DNA of 64,000 bases from Escherichia coli (lineage in GTDB: Bacteria; Pseudomonadota; Gammaproteobacteria; Enterobacterales; Enterobacteriaceae), in the NCBI GenBank assembly GCA_902500055.1, contig GCA_902500055.1_4131.1. The stretch is one strand, 5' to 3'. Numbering within the stretch: the first letter of the stretch is position 1; every line of letters begins with the position of its first letter. Of this stretch, positions 57,974-64,000 are shown one piece after another. A program made the position numbers and the translations under genes. The notes below the pieces were generated by a model that saw only the letters and a program-made list of their open reading frames with translations, ran no database searches and was not told the origin of the DNA.

Positions 57974-58870
57974 ATGGCAGTTTTTTCTAATTTAGAAGGA
58001 ACCATGAAGAAGTCCTTCATTCTTGGGAAGAATGGTGCACAGATTACCACAAATGGTAGTGTTGTGCAAATTCAAAACTACTCAGGAACACAACTTCTTC
58101 CAATTTCAGCAGGTGAACCAACTGCAAACACACACTTGGTTACATTGGGATATTTAAACGCACACAGTGGTGGTGGTAGTTCTGGTATCTTACGTGGAAC
58201 AACAGCACCATCCGATTCTATTGGTCTAGATGGTGACGTTTACTTTTTGGTTGATAGTACTAATGTTCTTCAAATTTATATTAAAGATCTTGGTATTTGG
58301 AAACCATTTAAAGGTAGCTCACCGGGAACTGATAGCTCATATGTAACTACTGAAATAGTTCCTGTTTCTGCATTTACATTAGTACCAGATACTACTGATC
58401 ATTATACTTACACACTACCAGAATCAGTTCATGGTAGAGGTTCTGATATTATGATTCAACTACAAGGTGACCCAGGTAATGTTGCATTGGAATCAGTATT
58501 CCAAACCACAGTAACAGTTAGTGGTATTGGGGATATAACAATTGATGTGATTGGTCAAATCACAGATTATGCAAGTGTTAAAGTAAACATTATAGGAGCA
58601 ACAACAATGACAGTACCTTATAGTAAATTAGTAAACCAAGCCGATTGGGTTTCTAGTGCTGGTGATTTCACAATCACTATTCCAGCATCCGAACACAATC
58701 AAACCCCAGATAATTTGTATATTTCAATTTATGCAAATAAAACACCTGGAAGTGTTGCGTCATCTCCATTCGAGTTGGTAGTGACTGATACACAAATTAG
58801 TAGTACTGGTGATGTAATCTTCACTTCTGATATTTCTTTCAGTGGTAAGATTGTCATCTCCGGTAAGTAA
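57974..58870 (+). CDS. tail fibre / receptor-binding protein paralog sharing the tailspike N-terminal anchor
   Basis: N-terminus MAVFSNLEGTMKKSFILGKNGAQI... parallels MAVFSNFEGTMQPKFILGKKGASI... of the preceding gene; C-terminal region diverges. Confidence 0.55.
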   Translation: MAVFSNLEGTMKKSFILGKNGAQITTNGSVVQIQNYSGTQLLPISAGEPTANTHLVTLGYLNAHSGGGSSGILRGTTAPSDSIGLDGDVYFLVDSTNVLQIYIKDLGIWKPFKGSSPGTDSSYVTTEIVPVSAFTLVPDTTDHYTYTLPESVHGRGSDIMIQLQGDPGNVALESVFQTTVTVSGIGDITIDVIGQITDYASVKVNIIGATTMTVPYSKLVNQADWVSSAGDFTITIPASEHNQTPDNLYISIYANKTPGSVASSPFELVVTDTQISSTGDVIFTSDISFSGKIVISGK

Positions 58871-58878
58871 CAAATTAA

Positions 58879-58909
58879 CCAGGCTTGTTCTAAATAAGTC
58901 TGGTTTTTT
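58879..58909 (+). terminator. rho-independent terminator (CCAGGCTT...AAGTCTGG + T6)
   Basis: 8-bp stem with one G-U pair, followed by TTTTTT, after the 57974-58870 gene. Confidence 0.5.
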
Positions 58910-59007
58910 ATTATATTTGCTTTTGTCAAATAATGTATTAATTGTTGGATAACAGCATAATAAAACTAAATATATACATATTAACAAGGTTATAATGGAG
59001 GGTATAA

Positions 59008-62000
59008 ATGTACTCAATAAAAACTGACTTAGATATTACTGGTGCTGGTACGGTTGGTAAGGATCTTTTAGTCAAAGGAAATGCTGTTTTCAATAATAAC
59101 CTAACTGTAAATGGTACTGTAACTTTTGCAAATGCAACTTTTACTGCCATTGAATCATCAACTGCCAATATTACATCTACTTTAGATGTAGGTGGCAAAG
59201 CAACACTTTCTGGTGGTCTTGGTGTTGAGGGTAATACTACAATCGGTAGTGCAGTGGTCGGGTCTGATACAGCAACAATTAATTCAAACGCTACCTTTAA
59301 CGGTACTGTATCAGTTGGTTCTGATTTTACACAAACTGCTGGTACAACCACTCTACAAGCAACTAAAGTTAAAAACTTAGAAGTTGCTGAAACAACAGCA
59401 TTTAAAGGTAATATTACTGCTGATGTTGGTACTACTGCTGCATTTGATAAAATTACTGCTAATACCGCAGAAATTACTAATGTAAGTACAACCGATATTA
59501 GTAGTACTGGTACTGCTACATTTAAAGATGTGACAATTAGTGGTACACTTGGTGGTGAGTTTAATCTATCTGACTTAAATGCAGTAACATTGAACGTTAC
59601 TGGTGCATCTAACCAACAAGGTGCAGTAACTTTCGGTGCTAACGTAACTGGTATTAACAGTACTGCTACTTTTAAAGACATTCGTATTGGTTCTAACTCT
59701 GAATCTCAAACCTTCAGATTAAGCTTCCCTTACACTGCTCCTGGTAAACGCCCAACTGTTATTCTACAAAACGAAATTCAGTCCGAGTTAATGTCACCTG
59801 CAAACTTAACAGTTTTGACATCTGCTTCTTTTGGTAATGCGTCATTATCTTCTTATGGTATTACTGGTAATGGTCTAAACAAATTAGATTATCTAACAGT
59901 TTCTGGTAACAATACACAATCACCAGACACCCCACTATTAGAAGTTCAAAAAGGAAAAACCAAAGTTGCCGATTTTGAAGTTACAGGAACCGCAACTATA
60001 CCAAATATTGAAAGTACTGGAACTGCTAATTTTAATAATATTAATATTTCTGGTGTTCTTGGTGGAACATTCCAACTAGATGATATTAATGCAGTAACAT
60101 TGAACGTTACTGGGGCCACTTCGTTAGTTGGTGGTGTTACTCTTGGTTCTAATATTACTGGTTATAATAGTACTGCTACCTTTAAAGCTATTAGCTTAGG
60201 TCAAAATAGTCAAGATGCAGCAGTGAAACTAGGTTTTGGATATACTGCACCCGGTCAACGCCCAACAGTTATTCTACCTAATGAAGTTCAATCAGAAGTA
60301 GTTTCTCCTTCTACATTGAACGTTCTTAAAACTGCAACTTTTGGTAATGCGTCATTATCGTCTTATGGCATTACTGGTAATGGCCTAAACAAATTAGATT
60401 ATCTAACAGTTTCTGGTAACGAAACACAAGCTCCAGATACACCACTATTAGAAGTTCAAAAAGGAAAAACCAAAGTTGCTGACTTTGAAGTCACCGGAAC
60501 TGCAACTATACCAAATATTGAAAGTACTGGAACTGCTAATTTTAATAATATTAATATTTCTGGTGTTCTTGGTGGAACATTCCAATTAGACGATATTAAT
60601 GCAGCATCTTTGAACGTTACTGGTGCAACTTCATTAGTTGGTGGTGTTACTCTTGGTTCTAATATTACTGGTTATAACAGTACTGCATCATTTAAAGCTA
60701 TCAGCTTAGGCCAAAGTAGTCAAGATTCTGCTGTAAAACTTGGATTTGGATATACTGCACCAAGTCAACGTCCAACCGTGATTTTACCTAACGAAGTTCA
60801 ATCAGAATTAGTTTCTCCTTCAACACTGAACGTTCTAAAAACGGCAACTTTTGGTAATGCTGCACTTTCTACGTATGGTATTACTGGTAATGGCCTAAAC
60901 AAATTAGATTACCTAACCATTACAGGTAACGCAACACAAGACCCTAGTACACCATTCCTACAAGTTGGTGGTAAAGCAATTCTTAATGATGTTGAATTTA
61001 CTGGAACAGTAACTGGGTTAACTGTTGATGTAAGTGGTCAGGATCTAACACCAAACTCAGTTGTTGCTGCGACAAATATTAAAGGTGCAACCCTTGAAAG
61101 TACTGGTAACACTACTGTGGGTGCTAAACTAACTGTTACTGGTGATATTGCTGGTACAACTGCAACTCTTTCTGGTGCATTATCTGCTGGTTCAATAAGT
61201 TCTGGTGTTATTACTGGTACAACTTCAGTTTCAGCACCAACAATTAGTGCATCTACTGAAGTAACTGCTCCTACTATCACTGCTAGTGGGACTTTAAGTG
61301 GTCAAACTATTAACGGAACTAATATTAGTGCAACAACTCTTACTGCACCAACTATTAGTGGTAATACAAACTTTACAGAAAATGTTGATATTACTGGCAA
61401 CCTAACCGTTACTGGCACAGTAACGCCAGGTACGATTGATTTGAGCACAACTGATGTAAGTGCGAAATCTATTACTACTACCGCTGGTGCAAATATTGGT
61501 GGTGATCTTGTGGTTCAAGGTTCTTTTGATTTATCATCAGCAGACATTAGCGTTAAATCACTAACTGCTTCTGGTATTGTTAAAAGTAATGATCTTGTTA
61601 ATGCTAACGTACTTCCAGTACTTAATAGTACTACTGCAACAATTAATACTGTTAATGCAACTGAACTTGCGGTAACAGGTCCATCCAATCTAGCATCTGT
61701 TCGTACAAGTGCTGATGTTGTAGTCGGAACAACTTTAAATGTAAGTGGTGAAACAACAACTGCATCTCTAGTTACTCCATCTATTTCCAATGCAACTGGT
61801 GTTACAATTGGTAATAATACTTCTATCACTGGTGACTTAACTGTTAGTGGTGCTGTGATTCCTGGATCTATCGACCTAGCATCAACTGATGTTAACGCTA
61901 AATCAATCACAACAACTGCTGGTGCAACAATTGGTGGAAACTTAACCGTTAACGGTACAGTAGACCTAACTGCTGCTGATGTAACAGTTAAATCTCTAAC

Positions 62001-64000
62001 CAGTACTGGTGCAATCATTAGTAATGAATCAACTATTAGTAGTGTTCTACCTAAACTACAAAGTACTGATGCGACAATTGCAACTCTAGGTTCTACTACT
62101 GCGAATATTACTAATTTGAATGTAACTGGTGCAACTTCTGTTGCTGATGTAACATCTTCTGGTAAAGTTACAGCAGTTTCTATTGAAGTTCCAACCATTG
62201 GTAATACTGCGGGTGTATCTATTGCTAATAATACATCTATTACTGGTGACCTAACAGTTTCTGGTACAGTGACACCAGGTGCTATTGATTTAACAACAAC
62301 TGATGTTAATGCTAAATCAATCACAACAACTGCTGGTGCGACTATTGGTGGTGATCTTGTTGTTTCTGGTACAGTTGATTTAAGTGGTTCTGATGTATCT
62401 GTTAAATCTCTAACAAGTACTGGTATTATTACAGTTAGTAGTGCAGAAGGTATTAACGTTCTACCTAAAGTTCAAAGTACTGAAGTTACAGTGTCTGCTC
62501 TAAATGCAACAAATGCAGTAGTTTCTGGTGATGTTTCAGCAGCAACAGCTTCAATCTCAGGTGCAGTTACTGGTGGTTCAGCAACGCTATCTGGTGCTGG
62601 AACTGCTCTAAATGTAACTAATAATGCAACTGTCGGCGGTACACTTACTGTTGGTTCTATTACTTCAGCGGCAGAAAATGTATCCATTACTAAAAATACC
62701 GCTGTCACTGGTAATTTAGCAGTATCTGGAACTCTAACTGCTGGTGTTATTGATTTGAGCACAACTGATGTGTCTGTGAAGACATTAACTTCTCTAGGTG
62801 ATGCAACCGTTCAAGGTAACTTAACTGTTGATGGTTCTATTGACCTAAGTTCTGCAAACATCGTCGGTGTAACACTAGAAAGTACTGGCTCTACCACTGT
62901 AGGTACTGATTTGATTCTAACTACAGGTAACATTACAGGTAGTCCATCTATTTCTGGTAACTTGGGTGTTACTGGAACCACAACGTTAACTGGTGCAACT
63001 ACAGTTTCAAACACATTGTCAACTGGTGGTAAACTAACAGTTAATACTGGTGGTATTCAAGTAGTTGATGGTGGTATTCAAGTTGATGCAGGAACTATTA
63101 CCGCACCAAGTGCTAATATTTCTGGTGACTCTACCCTTAATAGTGCAACTGTAACTACTACCCTTGGTGTTACTGGTGCAGCTAGTATGAATGGTGGCCT
63201 TACAGCATCTACTCTAGATGTAACTGGTGACAGTACTGTACAAAAACTAACTGTTAAGGGTGCATTTATTCCTGAAGGTGGTTTGGACCTATCCGGTGCT
63301 GATCTTAACGTGAATAGCGTAACTGCTGCAACCACATTAAGTGTTACTGGTGCAAGTACTCTAACTGGTGGTGTTTCCACTTCAACTGTTACTGCATCCG
63401 GTAAGGTAACCTCACAAGAACTAAGTACTGGTACATTGGCAGTAACCACAAATGGAACAGTTGGTGGTACTTTAGATGTAACTGGAAAGGCAACAGTCGG
63501 TTCACTAGATTCAGGTGCAATATCTGCAACTTCTGGTACATTTAGTACTACACTAGGTGTAACAGGTGCAGCAACATTTGGTAACAATGTTAATATTACT
63601 GGCACGTTAACCCCAGGTGCATTGGATTTATCTAGTACTGATGTAGATGCTAACAGTCTTTCTGTTGCAACAACCCTACATTCAAACGGCAATGCAACAA
63701 TCGGTGGTACACTAGGTGTAACTGGTGCAGCAACTGCTCCATCAATCGCTCTTAATGGTGAAGGAACTGCATTAGCAGTTACTAACAATGCAACAATTGG
63801 TGGTACACTAGGTGTAACTGGAAAGGCAACTGTCGGTTCACTAGATTCAGGTGCAATATCTGCCACATCTGGTACATTTAGTACTACACTGGATGTAACT
63901 GGAGCAGCAACATTTGGTAACAATGTTAACATTACTGGCACATTAACACCAGGTGCATTGGATTTAACTAGTACTGATGTAGTTGCTAACAGTCTTTCTG
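59008..64000 (+). CDS. giant repetitive Thr/Gly/Ser/Asn-rich fibre-like protein, partial (at least 1,660 aa, continues past window end)
   Basis: Manual codon-by-codon translation from ATG 59008 (RBS GGAGGG at 58997-59002) shows no stop up to 64000: MYSIKTDLDITGAGTVGKDLLVKGNAVFNNNLTVNGTVTFANATFTAIESS... Contains three tandem ~170-aa repeats and many copies of motifs such as TPG(A/T)IDL(S/T)TTDV(N/S)AKSITTTAGA(T/N)IGG. Missing from ORF track because no stop lies in the window. Confidence 0.75.
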   Translation, partial: MYSIKTDLDITGAGTVGKDLLVKGNAVFNNNLTVNGTVTFANATFTAIESSTANITSTLDVGGKATLSGGLGVEGNTTIGSAVVGSDTATINSNATFNGTVSVGSDFTQTAGTTTLQATKVKNLEVAETTAFKGNITADVGTTAAFDKITANTAEITNVSTTDISSTGTATFKDVTISGTLGGEFNLSDLNAVTLNVTGASNQQGAVTFGANVTGINSTATFKDIRIGSNSESQTFRLSFPYTAPGKRPTVILQNEIQSELMSPANLTVLTSASFGNASLSSYGITGNGLNKLDYLTVSGNNTQSPDTPLLEVQKGKTKVADFEVTGTATIPNIESTGTANFNNINISGVLGGTFQLDDINAVTLNVTGATSLVGGVTLGSNITGYNSTATFKAISLGQNSQDAAVKLGFGYTAPGQRPTVILPNEVQSEVVSPSTLNVLKTATFGNASLSSYGITGNGLNKLDYLTVSGNETQAPDTPLLEVQKGKTKVADFEVTGTATIPNIESTGTANFNNINISGVLGGTFQLDDINAASLNVTGATSLVGGVTLGSNITGYNSTASFKAISLGQSSQDSAVKLGFGYTAPSQRPTVILPNEVQSELVSPSTLNVLKTATFGNAALSTYGITGNGLNKLDYLTITGNATQDPSTPFLQVGGKAILNDVEFTGTVTGLTVDVSGQDLTPNSVVAATNIKGATLESTGNTTVGAKLTVTGDIAGTTATLSGALSAGSISSGVITGTTSVSAPTISASTEVTAPTITASGTLSGQTINGTNISATTLTAPTISGNTNFTENVDITGNLTVTGTVTPGTIDLSTTDVSAKSITTTAGANIGGDLVVQGSFDLSSADISVKSLTASGIVKSNDLVNANVLPVLNSTTATINTVNATELAVTGPSNLASVRTSADVVVGTTLNVSGETTTASLVTPSISNATGVTIGNNTSITGDLTVSGAVIPGSIDLASTDVNAKSITTTAGATIGGNLTVNGTVDLTAADVTVKSLTSTGAIISNESTISSVLPKLQSTDATIATLGSTTANITNLNVTGATSVADVTSSGKVTAVSIEVPTIGNTAGVSIANNTSITGDLTVSGTVTPGAIDLTTTDVNAKSITTTAGATIGGDLVVSGTVDLSGSDVSVKSLTSTGIITVSSAEGINVLPKVQSTEVTVSALNATNAVVSGDVSAATASISGAVTGGSATLSGAGTALNVTNNATVGGTLTVGSITSAAENVSITKNTAVTGNLAVSGTLTAGVIDLSTTDVSVKTLTSLGDATVQGNLTVDGSIDLSSANIVGVTLESTGSTTVGTDLILTTGNITGSPSISGNLGVTGTTTLTGATTVSNTLSTGGKLTVNTGGIQVVDGGIQVDAGTITAPSANISGDSTLNSATVTTTLGVTGAASMNGGLTASTLDVTGDSTVQKLTVKGAFIPEGGLDLSGADLNVNSVTAATTLSVTGASTLTGGVSTSTVTASGKVTSQELSTGTLAVTTNGTVGGTLDVTGKATVGSLDSGAISATSGTFSTTLGVTGAATFGNNVNITGTLTPGALDLSSTDVDANSLSVATTLHSNGNATIGGTLGVTGAATAPSIALNGEGTALAVTNNATIGGTLGVTGKATVGSLDSGAISATSGTFSTTLDVTGAATFGNNVNITGTLTPGALDLTSTDVVANSLS
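59581..60960 (+). repeat. direct tandem repeat, period 510 bp (170 codons), about 2.7 copies, inside the giant fibre gene
   Basis: Copies begin at 59581, 60091 and 60601 (each starts GCAG(T/C)A...TTGAACGTTACTGG); copies 2 and 3 are near-identical over long stretches. Confidence 0.8.
63481..64000 (+). repeat. direct repeat, period ~340 bp, within the giant fibre gene
   Basis: ACTGGAAAGGCAAC(A/T)GTCGGTTCACTAGATTCAGGTGCAATATCTGC...GGTACATTTAGTACTACACT... occurs at 63481 and again at 63821 with few substitutions. Confidence 0.7.

Noticed and set aside
59581-60960. CRISPR array
   Set aside because: The repeats are 510-bp in-frame coding repeats without short unique spacers, and no cas genes are present; they are protein-domain repeats.
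58938-63941. Six minus-strand ORFs (58938-59681, 61038-61280, 61515-62324, 62472-62762, 62811-63014, 63078-63941) rich in Pro/Val/Thr/Ala
   Set aside because: They are antisense to the continuous plus-strand fibre frame; their openness is a by-product of the biased, repetitive codon composition, and none has a convincing start or RBS.
1-64000. Prophage or integrative element signatures (integrase, att sites, transposase)
   Set aside because: No integrase or transposase-like protein was recognised; the gene content is that of a virulent T4-like phage.

Overview
AT-rich, densely coded segment of a T4-like (Straboviridae-type) lytic myovirus genome; no rRNA, canonical tRNA, CRISPR array or integrase was recognised. 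Modules, in window order: (1) minus-strand replication/early block with a GroES-like co-chaperonin, a gp45-like sliding clamp and a family-B DNA polymerase (gp43-like); (2) a displaced tail-fibre plus assembly-chaperone cassette; (3) selfish-nuclease-like genes (T5orf172, zinc-ribbon + GIY-YIG); (4) a T4-ordered head module on the minus strand: portal gp20, small core protein, acidic core protein, prohead protease gp21, scaffold gp22, major capsid gp23-like, preceded by a tape-measure-like protein; (5) an ~840-bp ORF-free, hairpin-rich region; (6) zinc-ribbon + PD-(D/E)xK nuclease, endonuclease VII-like, gp46/gp47 recombination nuclease and a gp55-like late sigma factor; (7) a long plus-strand baseplate module with a gp5-like spike carrying a C-terminal T4-type lysozyme, a second stand-alone lysozyme, gp25, an inserted GIY-YIG homing endonuclease, a gp6-like protein and a giant ~3,300-aa protein; (8) an oppositely oriented ClpA-like double-AAA+ unfoldase; (9) further structural genes, a Nudix hydrolase and an inverted three-gene block; (10) a receptor-binding arsenal: collagen-like fibre, pectate-lyase-fold tailspike, a paralogous fibre sharing its N-terminus, and a giant repetitive Thr/Gly-rich fibre ORF that runs off the window end. 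The supplied ORF track omits ORFs without an in-window stop (the giant fibre and a partial gene at the window start) and accepts TTG/GTG starts, so several starts were re-assigned to ATG codons with Shine-Dalgarno sequences. T4-type late promoters (TATAAATA) and several rho-independent terminators are visible. All homology calls come from reading the translations by eye against remembered family motifs; no database search was run.
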